From: a bacterium
GTDB lineage: Bacteria > Caldisericota > Caldisericia > UBA6126
Assembly (NCBI GenBank): GCA_021372585.1
Contig: JAJFUD010000019.1
Location: 45,197 to 109,196, forward strand
Length of the DNA: 64,000 nt
Direction: 5' to 3'
Position numbers and translations under genes: made by a program. Below the pieces are notes generated by a model that was not told where the DNA came from, did no database searches, and saw nothing but the letters and a program-made list of their open reading frames with translations. Positions 50,801-59,952 of the stretch are shown here, in pieces (position 1 is the first letter of the stretch; each line of letters begins with the position of its first letter).

Positions 50801-53409
50801 TCTATCCTGGATCGGAACAACAGGATCCGCAGATGAGGGGTCAGCAGGGTGAAGGAGACCGTACCCGGTACGGTGGAAAGAAAATGAACCGGAAGGGTAT
50901 CCCCGATGAAATAAGTACCGTTTTCGCCTTTGGAGAGTGTGAATGTAGTTTTAACCGTTTCATAAGGGTAAACCGTCATCTCGGCTGTGTTGGATTTTTG
51001 GCTGATAGTCCCGTCAGAGTAGACTGCTTTGACGATATACCAGTACGTTTTTCCGGCTTTAAAATCCAGATCAGGTAAGGTTCTTTCCTTGATCAGGGAA
51101 GAATTCATCGGGTAGGTGGATTCTATATTCGGGTAGTGCAAACTCTTATAGACGTTATATCCGATTACATCCAACGCATTCTTCGCGGGAGGTCCCCAAG
51201 TGAGTTGTATGGTGTTCTCTTCCTCGATTAATTTTGCCCGTAGATTGGTAGGAGAGGCTGGATCGGTCTTCAGAACGTAGATTCTGCCCGAGAGCTTCTG
51301 ATATCCTTCATTCCGGGAACCGTACGTGAAGCTGATGGCGTAGTCATACCCTCCCGTCCCAACTTCAGCATCCGGATTGAACACCAGGGAGGATGATTTT
51401 GCCTGATGATCCAGGGAGCCGATCTCCCGGTTGGAGATTTTCATCCAGCTGGGACCAAAATCTACATTAATCCGGACATTTTCGGTGACGCCTTTCGTGG
51501 AGGAGAAGACCAGGGGAAGCTCCCAATGGCTTGCTGGCTCGAGAATCGGCTGCCAGCCTGAGACAGGGTATATTAACAGCTCTCCTCCCGGAGGCAGCAC
51601 CTCAACCGGGAGGGAGATAATATTCACATGGTTGTCGGCTTTGGCTTGTACCCGGATGATATACATTCCCGGTTTTACGCTTAAGGAGGGATTCAAAGAG
51701 CAGATTACCGTCGACGGAGGCTGGGCAGCCATCGGTTCAAAGGTGCATTCCCAGTAGTCAGGCAAATTTAAGGGGGAAAAGGTAATGGGTTTGCTGAAAT
51801 TGGTGTATTTGCTCAGTTCCAGCTGAAAAACAGCTTTTTCTCCTACGGAAACTGATTGTTTATACGGTCTTGCCATGACCTGAAAAGTGCCGATTGACAA
51901 ACCTGAGACCACTAAGCTGACATCGATACTTTTCGAAAGATTGTCATTAAACACCCGGATGGAGAATTGGTACTCATTGGCTTCAGTAGCTTCGGAAACC
52001 AATAAGTTCAGGATCCTTTTTTCCTGGAGCAGGGAAGGAATAGAGTAGGTAGAAAGCGTGACAGTGGGAGGCGCTCCAATCAACTCCAGCGAGAGGTTTT
52101 TGCAGTATCCTTGGTCCAATTGAAGGGAGACGGGGTAACTGACCGCTTTTCTCTCATGGGTAGCGAGGAAGATCTTCTCCGGCATCACTTGTAGGAGGGG
52201 TGTCTCTTCCACCAGGGTAAGGTTGACTTCTTCTGTGATGAGACCGTTCCTTACCTCCACACCGTATTTATCCATCTGGATAAAACCTGTCTTTCGGACA
52301 CGGATCGTGTGGAGTCCCGTTTTGACATCCTGGATCTCGTAAAAGCCAAAGGCATTCGTAGTGACGGTTTCTTTAAACTGGAGAGGGAGAGAAACCTCCG
52401 CTCCCTGGATCGGTTTACCATCTACCATGATTTTACCTTGTATGGTGCCGGTTCGAATATGACTCCTGATCTCAAATAAGTACTGGGCTTTTCCGCATAA
52501 ATTGGCCTCCCTGGGTTTCAAATAGAGATAATATTTACCGAGAGGCAGTTCCGGTGGAATTTTCCAGTAGTATTGGATCAGTTGGTCCTCCGGGATGTGT
52601 AATTGGGAGACAATCAGCTTTTTCTGATGCTGGTCTGCGATATACAGATCGGTTACGCAAGAGAGGGAAGAGCGGATAAAAACAGTAGCGGTTTCCTCTT
52701 TCTCAAAAGAGCTTCCGGAAGGTTTATTCATCCATAAGTCGATATCCGGCAAACCGTAAACAGCCAGACAAGCTTCCTGAAATGGTGTTTCGCTATCGAC
52801 CCACACGATTTTTTCAATGGTATTCGAGGTGCAATCGTGTGAGATTTTTAACTTATACTGCCCTTTTTGCAACGCTTCGAGCGAAAAATATCCGTCGTCT
52901 TCCGATTCTGTTCTTGCATAAGAAGCGCCGGTTACCGTTTCGATCACAGCACCTTCGAGTCCTTTTTTATATAAATCCGAGCATTGCAGGATTCTTCCCC
53001 GAATCCGATAATTGTCCCGATTTTTGGCTTGTATTTGAAAGGAATATACTTCCGAGAATGTACTTTTCAAGTCTGGGGTAGCCGCCTCTACTCTCAGAGA
53101 AAAATCAGTCTGGATCGGATAGGTAATTGGAATCCCCACTTCATTATCCACATTCGGGGAGAGCTCGAACCCTTCTACTAAAGGGACCAGATGGTCTTTA
53201 TTCATCAGGGTCACACTGAGGATACAGTACTGGTTCGGGTTGCCGTGCCATGTCAGGGTGGAATCCGGGGTGACTACTTTGTTCGGGGAGAAGCTGACTT
53301 TGATATAGAGAGACTCCGCTACGGCTTTAACAGGAGAACAATAAATACCAGATTGTGTCAGGAAAAAGATAACGAAAAGCGTCATTATCTTTTTCATCAT
53401 CACCTCCAA
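47887..53409 (-). CDS. Giant (1840 aa) secreted cell-surface protein. It has carboxypeptidase-regulatory-like and FN3/Ig-like beta-sandwich repeats. It also has two identical C-terminal copper amine oxidase N-terminal-like wall-binding domains.
   Basis: Signal peptide. The repeats are GRILQCSDLYKKGLEGAVIETVTGASYARTESEDDGYFSLEALQKGQYKL, GKIMVDGKPIQGAEVSLP...NAFGFYEIQDVKTGLHTIRVRKTGF, and an FN3-like TYWYIVKAVYSDGT. The C-terminus carries 2x NGRTMVPLRFIGEAFGAKVDWEA. Confidence 0.6.
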   Translation of the reverse strand: MEVMMKKIMTLFVIFFLTQSGIYCSPVKAVAESLYIKVSFSPNKVVTPDSTLTWHGNPNQYCILSVTLMNKDHLVPLVEGFELSPNVDNEVGIPITYPIQTDFSLRVEAATPDLKSTFSEVYSFQIQAKNRDNYRIRGRILQCSDLYKKGLEGAVIETVTGASYARTESEDDGYFSLEALQKGQYKLKISHDCTSNTIEKIVWVDSETPFQEACLAVYGLPDIDLWMNKPSGSSFEKEETATVFIRSSLSCVTDLYIADQHQKKLIVSQLHIPEDQLIQYYWKIPPELPLGKYYLYLKPREANLCGKAQYLFEIRSHIRTGTIQGKIMVDGKPIQGAEVSLPLQFKETVTTNAFGFYEIQDVKTGLHTIRVRKTGFIQMDKYGVEVRNGLITEEVNLTLVEETPLLQVMPEKIFLATHERKAVSYPVSLQLDQGYCKNLSLELIGAPPTVTLSTYSIPSLLQEKRILNLLVSEATEANEYQFSIRVFNDNLSKSIDVSLVVSGLSIGTFQVMARPYKQSVSVGEKAVFQLELSKYTNFSKPITFSPLNLPDYWECTFEPMAAQPPSTVICSLNPSLSVKPGMYIIRVQAKADNHVNIISLPVEVLPPGGELLIYPVSGWQPILEPASHWELPLVFSSTKGVTENVRINVDFGPSWMKISNREIGSLDHQAKSSSLVFNPDAEVGTGGYDYAISFTYGSRNEGYQKLSGRIYVLKTDPASPTNLRAKLIEEENTIQLTWGPPAKNALDVIGYNVYKSLHYPNIESTYPMNSSLIKERTLPDLDFKAGKTYWYIVKAVYSDGTISQKSNTAEMTVYPYETVKTTFTLSKGENGTYFIGDTLPVHFLSTVPGTVSFTLLTPHLRILLFRSRIEAMQTEFFNPVVPWCEKNAQLETTFLSDKGTKQVTLSALQIRESTPGKESLSGSIWNSLYDLPLAEANIEVWEGPTSGKAVSDEFGKFTLNNLSKGNYRFLIAQDQHKLVTDEVQIPLKSGNEFVWDCAWESDSSFLFWVDSKESKTISADTPTPLYFKSQVSQDVSLSVTSEGITKTLITQLHLEKDRTQVAKVRLPEDLPAGSVSIQALSLTNQTSETITLEARRNDPEGSVYWPVRDPFGNPLTDCFVNDTHTNEWGYFYLPALPSELTITKYGFEPLTLQTNPEKTPDIRLSYLRKESLPMEQEILVSKDFTEILFHFQEQEGLSEPFSLSLFSSEKDEEGKETPLFTMDSILLFPQYRYQFVFSMLDYQTISETSRIEIATASGQKTILPVKQGNEELLSLETDPEFLFVTPHQPLSFEMDLFTQGSFRKPLQLTIENEDPDIEMRLSSQITHPGTIIKGSFLMSQPKPTRTILIRIGIWLEGRLVGQAVLCFIPSSEAPAEPVEKQWSTTLYKGTQAVFNLFFSHAGKPLNVVIPASLPVSYQISENLLQFQAAPTEAGSWKETVLITMQDNSQIQFPIEVEAIERDPWLIPSLTAVNQKNGIELSIQNLPENAQYKISRIKQLPGNPFLETGWLKEQTYSDTTVKNQTVYTYRVFAFNGRLESDWSNSVTKFRNPLSLSVNLQDNLVINKKSIEVTGSTNGTFLFINERSVRLDTRGGFRETILLSEGQNVILFLVKDDFGNQLKETRTVTVDTHPPILSLIQPNLQTMETTLSQFAIQIHTDEACILVINQQTISADYLTDWKHLLNVAMGKQTFRLVAIDKANNQSYLDLVVTRYKMILYIELAIDRALAIVNNQSVVLEAPPVIMNGRTMVPLRFIGEAFGAKVDWEASKKEINLLLDTIQLTLRIGQKTAYKNKQPLPLEAPPVIMNGRTMVPLRFIGEAFGAKVDWEAKTKEIKITLKR
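47924..48016. repeat. Copy 1 of an exact 93-nt direct repeat inside the giant surface-protein gene (encodes LEAPPVIMNGRTMVPLRFIGEAFGAKVDWEA)
   Basis: Identical to 48110-48202 by direct reading. The copies are 186 nt apart and in phase. Confidence 0.85.
48110..48202. repeat. Copy 2 of the exact 93-nt direct repeat
   Basis: Identical to 47924-48016. Confidence 0.85.
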
Positions 53410-53416
53410 TGGAAAG

Positions 53417-55069
53417 TTATGAATTCTTCCTGCGAGAAGATCCCAATGCCATCAAAATTTGGGTCAATCCATACGACAAACCGTAAGAAAAAGCCAATAA
53501 GGCCGGCATCAGAATCCACAGGCTGAAATGGTGGAATTGGTTCTGTTGGACACCAAGAGGAGGCATCATAAAGAGATGGATGAAACCAAATCGGTTTACC
53601 CAGGTGGCTGTAAAAAGCAGCAAACAGATAGTGAAGGAGATGAATATCCCATTCAGGTCCAAACAGATCTCTTCATACGAGATATCAAACCAATATCCGG
53701 CCATTAATGTGAAGACGAGCACCAATACGGTGAGAATCGGTAAAATAAAGAGCAGTTGGCTTAATAAGATTCCCGGCAGTGTCAGGGAGGAAAATGCCGG
53801 CAAGCTTAATCTGGCAGGAAAAACATATTGTTCGAGTAGGACGTATACGGCAAAGAAGAAAACGCCAAATGTGTAAGAACGGTATCGGGCTAACCAATTA
53901 TAGAGCCAGACCAGTAGACTGAATAAGGCCAGTAAAGTGAATATCAGGCTGGGGATGACATTCACTCTTTTCTGTTGGTATAGATGGAAGCTGTTAAAAT
54001 CATCGATAATCATCTGGTATCTTCTCTCAAGTTCAACCAGATTGGCAGAATCGGTCGCATGAATCGTATCGTTGGCCTCTAAAAGATAACCGGCAATAAT
54101 CGCATCATCGAGCCGATACTGGTTTAAGTAAAAAACAGAAGAAAAAATGGTCTGGTCTGCATGATACATAAAGCGGTCCATGGTTTCGGTTTCTTTGAGG
54201 GGGAACCAGTTAAAAACAGGCTTTCCCAAACAGCCGACCGGAGGTGGTACGCCCCATGAATAGGCTAAAGTGGCCGTGACATCTTCTATCGGTTGATCGG
54301 GTTCGGGCGAAAATTGGATTTCCTTTCCGGTTTCACGGGGAAGAGAATTCCAGTAGACAAACGGGGAAGAAGAGGTGGTATTTCGTATCCAGGAGATCCC
54401 TTGAGTATTTGTATCGGGGAAGAAGCATAATAGCACTTGAGAAGTGATTTTCCCTTCCAGGGTTTTTGCTTGATAGGCAAGGATCCATTCCTTGATTTGC
54501 TCTTGGCTAAGCTGGTCTCTGTCTACATTGATATGCACAAAAGAGACTTGGTTGATTCCGGAGGGGATGCCTGTTTTTTCAATCTCTTCCAAAACATTGA
54601 CAGGAGTGTCCAGTGGAAAACCAGGTAGAGAAGAATAAACAGAGATGCCCATTTTATAATACCGGGCAAGGTGAAGCAGGTGATCCGTATTGCGGTAACC
54701 ATTCACGGTATGGACACTATTCAGACTCTCTTTTTGACCGGAGAGAAGCTGAAAAAGGAGATAGGTTTCATCTTGCGTGTTGGCATGGGTAAAGACTCCA
54801 CTGACAACTTCAGGTTTTATTTCCGGGAGCCATTGTTTTGCATGAGACATATCACTTTGTTTTAAACCTGTTATGCTGATAACCAAAGTATTAGAGACAA
54901 TCGGTTTCTTCGGAGTGGGACGGTTCCATGTTTTTTCAATTTCTTCCTGAGTTTGCAGTGGGACCGGATCACTTTGCAGCATCTGCACCTGTTGTTGGAA
55001 TAAGGAAAAACTAAATAATGCGATAGCAATCAATAAACCCGGTACAATAAACCACTTTACTCTTTTCAC
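53417..55069 (-). CDS. Hypothetical membrane protein with an N-terminal extracytoplasmic domain (about 330 aa) and a C-terminal polytopic region
   Basis: A signal or TM anchor, a large soluble domain, then 6-8 hydrophobic helices. It lies 7 nt upstream of the giant surface-protein gene and is probably co-transcribed. Confidence 0.4.
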   Translation of the reverse strand: MKRVKWFIVPGLLIAIALFSFSLFQQQVQMLQSDPVPLQTQEEIEKTWNRPTPKKPIVSNTLVISITGLKQSDMSHAKQWLPEIKPEVVSGVFTHANTQDETYLLFQLLSGQKESLNSVHTVNGYRNTDHLLHLARYYKMGISVYSSLPGFPLDTPVNVLEEIEKTGIPSGINQVSFVHINVDRDQLSQEQIKEWILAYQAKTLEGKITSQVLLCFFPDTNTQGISWIRNTTSSSPFVYWNSLPRETGKEIQFSPEPDQPIEDVTATLAYSWGVPPPVGCLGKPVFNWFPLKETETMDRFMYHADQTIFSSVFYLNQYRLDDAIIAGYLLEANDTIHATDSANLVELERRYQMIIDDFNSFHLYQQKRVNVIPSLIFTLLALFSLLVWLYNWLARYRSYTFGVFFFAVYVLLEQYVFPARLSLPAFSSLTLPGILLSQLLFILPILTVLVLVFTLMAGYWFDISYEEICLDLNGIFISFTICLLLFTATWVNRFGFIHLFMMPPLGVQQNQFHHFSLWILMPALLAFSYGLSYGLTQILMALGSSRRKNS

Positions 55070-55200
55070 CCATATCTCCTTTGGTTGTATCTGAAACCTT
55101 ATTCACATAATTATACATGATTTATTTCTACAGAGGGATGATTTGGTTTATTCATGAAAACGGTATAATAAAATGAGTAGTGTAATGTGGGAGGTTTGGT

Positions 55201-55962
55201 TTGGCAGAAAAGAATTTATTGAAAGCAAAGCAGTTCGTCAAGCAATTGTTGCTAGATGAACTGAAAGATGCCCATATCCGGTCGAAAAACGTAAGTCCGG
55301 AGGTAGCTTTAATTCGGTCTGACAAAGCACTTTGTCTTGTGAAGCTGGTTGATGTGAACGATTCCTTAGATTCCCTGTTTCCGGAATTGGCCAAAAAAAT
55401 ACTTTGGAACAAATATGTCGTCCTGGAAAAAGATTATTTCCAAATTTACCTGGAGCAATTTGAACTACTTAAAAAGGAACAACCTATCAAGGGATCTGTG
55501 ATTTTTGTGACACGAACCGGGGAGACATATATGGTTTCTCCTTATGCACTGGTGGAATTCCAGGAGACGTACCATATGTTCTGTAAATCCGAAAACAGCT
55601 CTCTCCTTTATTTTCCTACTATTTTTCTTAATTCTGCGAACCTGCCGGAAAGACCGATAGACGAAATCCAAGCTCAGCAGAGGATTTCTATCATCTCTCA
55701 GATCAATGAGCTGGAAGAATCCGAAGAATGGATTGACCAGGAAGATTGGGAATTGGACGGGGAGGATGACAGTCTTTATTCAACCTTTTTTTCCAACCGC
55801 CCTTTTGCAGAGTATCCGAAAGAATTCTCCCCCCGTTTTTCCGGTTTAGAAGAGACTGATACGCGCGAATTAATGATGAATCTTTTGTTTGAGATGACAA
55901 AAAACCTGAAAGAGATCAATCAAGAAATGAAAAAAATAAACAAGTGGTTCAAGAAGAAATAA
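55201..55962 (+). CDS. Hypothetical cytoplasmic protein with an acidic C-terminus
   Basis: 253 aa. The acidic stretch is EESEEWIDQEDWELDGEDD. Its end overlaps the pth start by 19 nt. No recognised motifs. Confidence 0.4.
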   Translation: MAEKNLLKAKQFVKQLLLDELKDAHIRSKNVSPEVALIRSDKALCLVKLVDVNDSLDSLFPELAKKILWNKYVVLEKDYFQIYLEQFELLKKEQPIKGSVIFVTRTGETYMVSPYALVEFQETYHMFCKSENSSLLYFPTIFLNSANLPERPIDEIQAQQRISIISQINELEESEEWIDQEDWELDGEDDSLYSTFFSNRPFAEYPKEFSPRFSGLEETDTRELMMNLLFEMTKNLKEINQEMKKINKWFKKK

Positions 55963-56546
55963 ATTATGCTGTATTCGGGTTAGGCAATCCTGGCAAGGAG
56001 TATCTGACCTCCCGGCATAATATCGGATTCTGGGTAGTTGATTATTTGGAAAAGCAATACAAAACCAGCCAGAAACGCATAGAATGTTTTGCGGTTACTT
56101 GGCTGGCTGCCTTACCACCGGCACAACATGTCCTGTTCGTAAAGCCAGCCACTTTTATGAACTTATCCGGCAAAGCTGTCGGGCAGATCGTACAAAAATA
56201 TGCTCTCCCCCTTAACCGGATTTTAATCCTGCATGATGACTTGGACCTGCCGTTTCTTCAGATACGCATCAAAAACAGAGGGCAGAGTGGGGGGCACCGC
56301 GGGGTTGAATCGATCATTCAATCTTTGCATACCGATTTGTTTGCCCGGTTGAAGATCGGGATCGGCCGCCCCGGGATGTACGAAGATCCGGTAGAGTATG
56401 TTTTATCCTCTTTTTCAAAAAAGGAGCAACAAGAGATTATAAACCGGATGCCTGACCTGCGAGATGCGGTTGAAAGCTGGTTAGAGAGTGGTTTTCATCA
56501 CACAGCTAATCGGTTTAACCGAAAAAATACCGTTGACGATGAATAA
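55944..56546 (+). CDS. pth: Peptidyl-tRNA hydrolase
   Basis: FGLGNPGKEYLTSRHNIGF, catalytic His in SRHN, and ILHDDLDLP. Confidence 0.85.
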   Translation: MVQEEINYAVFGLGNPGKEYLTSRHNIGFWVVDYLEKQYKTSQKRIECFAVTWLAALPPAQHVLFVKPATFMNLSGKAVGQIVQKYALPLNRILILHDDLDLPFLQIRIKNRGQSGGHRGVESIIQSLHTDLFARLKIGIGRPGMYEDPVEYVLSSFSKKEQQEIINRMPDLRDAVESWLESGFHHTANRFNRKNTVDDE

Positions 56547-59500
56547 ACCTCTTCTCTCTTATTTTCAATCTTTATTTACTTCCACTCTTCCTTCTTCCTT
56601 TCCCCGGGAGCCGATTCATCTTTATAATGCCACCAATGCTGTCTCTTCTTTGTTTATCGCGCATGTTGCCACTCATCCATTCTCCTCTATGCTGATCATT
56701 GTACCGGGAGAGGGTGATTGTGAAAGGATTTATGCCAATCTGCACGACTTGCTTCCTCTGACATTACAATCCAAATTGTACATTTTCCCCGACGGTTCCC
56801 AGGTTCCGTATGAAAAAGTTTCTTTACCCCGGGAGGTTATCGGCGAGCAGATGCAAGTCCTGCATGCATTGCAGCAACCCGGACAGAAGATTGTCATTAC
56901 GACGATCCGTGCTGTGTTTCAACCGGTTCTTTCTCCGGAGGAACTGGAAAGAGCCACGATGAAAATAGCAGTCGGGGAAGAGATCTCTTTTACCGCCCTG
57001 ATGGAACAGCTGGAGAAATTCGGATACCGTAATGAAGTCGCCGTCGAAAGAGTGGGGGATATTCGTATCAAGGGCGGCCTTCTGGATATTTTTAGTCCCA
57101 CTTCGAATCAACCAGCCAGGATTGAATTCTTTGAGAACCAGATTCAGAGTATTCGTTTCTTTGATCCTGTTACCCAACTTAGCATTGAAAAAACCGAATC
57201 CTATTCGATCATTCCTTTTTCTCATTTTTTATACACCCGGGAGGCGATCCAACAGCTGGATAAAAAATTAACCGCCTATTTCCAAAAAAATCCGAATGAC
57301 CTCTCTGATATCATCCAAAAAGACCTCGTTGAAATCAAGCAGGGGATCTATTTCTCCGGTATTGAGCACTATCTGCCCTTTTCCCGTGAGGAAGAAAAAA
57401 TACTGACCGATTATTTTTCGGAAGATTCCTTCCTTTTTTTGGTGCAGCCGACTCTATTAGAAGAGGGAATCAAGCTTTTTCAAACAGAAGCTTATGAGAT
57501 CGTGGTGATGGAAAGAGAGAAGCATGAGGTCCTCTCGCTTCCCTGGGAGAAATATTTCCAGCGATCAAGAAAGAAGCTGGAAAGTTTTCCGAAAACCATT
57601 CGCTTAAGCTCCTCTCCCTTAAATAAGACCACTCCCCAGAAAATCGCTCTCCCGATCCACAGTATCGAGGGGCTTTCCACCGGGGATTATAAAAGCGTGA
57701 TCCAGCAGTATTCCGTCAAGAACCATCAGCTGATCATTTGCACGAAACAATATAAACGGGTGAAAGAGATTTTGACCCAGATAGGGCTCGAAGGGGAAAC
57801 CCACTCCATTGTTTTGGTAGATTCGTATCTGTCCGATGGTTTTCATTATCCTTCCCAAAAAGTGACTTTATTGACCGACAAAGAGCTGTTTGGGTGGAAA
57901 CGACCTCATAAGCCGGTCAGGAAATTCCGTGAAGGGATCCCGATCCAGTCGATCGAAGACCTGAAAATGGGGGATATACTGGTTCATTATAATTATGGTG
58001 TGGGCATCTACCGCGGATTAAAGGTCGTCAAAGACCTGGAAGGCAAAGAAAAGGAATTTGTATTATTGGAGTATGACCGCGGCGACATGTTGTATGTACC
58101 TCCTGAACGAATCAATGCCGTCAATAAGTACATCGGGGAAGCGGAGCATGTAAAATTAAATTCACTTGGATCCTCCGACTGGGAAAGAATTCGAGAAAAA
58201 GCGAAAAAAAGCGTACAAGAACTCGCAAAAGATCTGATCGCCCTCTATGCCCAACGCGAAATGGCGAAAGGGACTGCGTTTCATATGGATACACCTTGGC
58301 AGAAGGAGATGGAATCATCGTTTCCGTATGAAGAAACGCCTGATCAGCTGGTCGCGATCCAGGATGTGAAACAGGATATGGAATCCAGAAAAATCATGGA
58401 CAGAGTGGTCACTGGCGATGTTGGATACGGGAAAACAGAGGTAGCGATCCGTGCGTCGTTTAAAGCGATTATGGAAGGCTACCAGGTTGCTTTATTGGTG
58501 CCGACCACTATCCTGGCCAGTCAGCATTTTGAGACGTTTAAGGAACGGTTTGCCCCTTACCCGATCAACCTCCAGATCCTCTCCCGGTTAATCAGCGACA
58601 AGAAGAAAAAAGAGATCGTGAAAGGAGTGAAGGAGGGAAAAGTTGACCTGGTCATCGGTACGCACGCGATACTCTCCAAAGACCTGGTGTTTAAAAACCT
58701 GGGTTTATTGGTGATTGATGAGGAGCATAAATTCGGGGTTCGCCATAAAGAAAAAATACGGAAACTAAAAGAAAACGTCGATGTGCTAACCCTGACTGCA
58801 ACGCCCATCCCCAGAACATTATCCATGGCTATCTCCGGTATCAAGGAGATTTCCCGGATCGACACCTCTCCGGAAGGACGTAAACCGGTGAAAACTTATG
58901 TGATGCCTTTCGATGAGGAAGCACTCGTAAGCGCTATCCGTTTTGAAATCGCCCGGGATGGACAGGTATATTATGTCCATAACCGTATCAAGGATATTGA
59001 AAAAGTCAAAGAAAAATTAACGGCCCTTCTACCGGATATACGGATCGGAGTGGCTCATGGACAGATGAACGGAGAAGAGATTGATAATGTGATCACCTCC
59101 TTTTTGGAAGGGCAGATCCAGCTGCTTTTATGCACGACCATTATCGAGTCTGGAATCGATATACCCACTGTAAACACTATTTTAGTTGACGATGCGCATC
59201 GTTTGGGATTAGCACAGATGTATCAGTTGCGGGGGCGGGTTGGACGATCCAACCGAAAAGCCTATGCCTATTTCTTTTATCCGAAGGATCTGGCGATTAC
59301 AGAAACCGCAACTTCCAGGCTGGAAGTGATTAAGGAATTTGTCGAGTTAGGGTCAGGTCTGAAAATAGCCTTACGGGATCTTGAGATCAGAGGAGCCGGG
59401 AATTTCCTCGGATCCGAGCAATCCGGGCACCTCAGAGCGGTTGGATATCATCTGTATGTCCAACTTTTAAAAGAAGCAATGGACGAGATTAAATCGTCAC

Positions 59501-59952
59501 AGTCAACTGGACAAGAAGCGGAAGCAGTTCTCTTTCCGGAATTTCCGATTACCGGCTATATTCCCTCCGCCATGATTCGGGATGAAGGGGAACGGTTGGC
59601 TCTGTACCAGCAGTTAGTCTCTCTGCAATCCAAAAAAGAACTTCTGGCGATGGAAGACCAGATCCGTGATCGGTTTGGACCTCCTCCACCCGCTTTATCC
59701 GAGTTTTATAAAAACCTGGAACTTCGTATACTGGCTTTTGAAAAGGGATTGGACGCGGTGAAAACAGAAGAGAACCTGGTGGTATTTACGTTTAAGAAAG
59801 ATTCCCGCCGGTTCGACCTGAATGTTCATCACATTAGTAAGCTTGTGAATGAGTTCGGGAGCCGGATTCGATTTAAAGCGGAACAGATCCTTGTCCGAAA
59901 GGATGCTATCCCTTTGGATGATATTATCAGAGGAGTATTGCAATGCCTGTAG
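56539..59952 (+). CDS. mfd: Transcription-repair coupling factor
   Basis: UvrB-homology N-terminus, DRGDMLYVP, and the helicase motifs GDVGYGKTEVA and DEEH. The C-terminal TRCF domain is present. The start ATG at 56539 overlaps the pth stop (ATGAATAA). Confidence 0.9.
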   Translation: MNKPLLSYFQSLFTSTLPSSFPREPIHLYNATNAVSSLFIAHVATHPFSSMLIIVPGEGDCERIYANLHDLLPLTLQSKLYIFPDGSQVPYEKVSLPREVIGEQMQVLHALQQPGQKIVITTIRAVFQPVLSPEELERATMKIAVGEEISFTALMEQLEKFGYRNEVAVERVGDIRIKGGLLDIFSPTSNQPARIEFFENQIQSIRFFDPVTQLSIEKTESYSIIPFSHFLYTREAIQQLDKKLTAYFQKNPNDLSDIIQKDLVEIKQGIYFSGIEHYLPFSREEEKILTDYFSEDSFLFLVQPTLLEEGIKLFQTEAYEIVVMEREKHEVLSLPWEKYFQRSRKKLESFPKTIRLSSSPLNKTTPQKIALPIHSIEGLSTGDYKSVIQQYSVKNHQLIICTKQYKRVKEILTQIGLEGETHSIVLVDSYLSDGFHYPSQKVTLLTDKELFGWKRPHKPVRKFREGIPIQSIEDLKMGDILVHYNYGVGIYRGLKVVKDLEGKEKEFVLLEYDRGDMLYVPPERINAVNKYIGEAEHVKLNSLGSSDWERIREKAKKSVQELAKDLIALYAQREMAKGTAFHMDTPWQKEMESSFPYEETPDQLVAIQDVKQDMESRKIMDRVVTGDVGYGKTEVAIRASFKAIMEGYQVALLVPTTILASQHFETFKERFAPYPINLQILSRLISDKKKKEIVKGVKEGKVDLVIGTHAILSKDLVFKNLGLLVIDEEHKFGVRHKEKIRKLKENVDVLTLTATPIPRTLSMAISGIKEISRIDTSPEGRKPVKTYVMPFDEEALVSAIRFEIARDGQVYYVHNRIKDIEKVKEKLTALLPDIRIGVAHGQMNGEEIDNVITSFLEGQIQLLLCTTIIESGIDIPTVNTILVDDAHRLGLAQMYQLRGRVGRSNRKAYAYFFYPKDLAITETATSRLEVIKEFVELGSGLKIALRDLEIRGAGNFLGSEQSGHLRAVGYHLYVQLLKEAMDEIKSSQSTGQEAEAVLFPEFPITGYIPSAMIRDEGERLALYQQLVSLQSKKELLAMEDQIRDRFGPPPPALSEFYKNLELRILAFEKGLDAVKTEENLVVFTFKKDSRRFDLNVHHISKLVNEFGSRIRFKAEQILVRKDAIPLDDIIRGVLQCL

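Noticed and set aside
53417-55069. N-terminal domain of the membrane protein as an alkaline-phosphatase / sulfatase-family enzyme
   Set aside because: There is only vague resemblance. The metal-binding and nucleophile motifs (for example a C/S-x-P-x-R or DxH pair) could not be identified by eye, so it is left as hypothetical.
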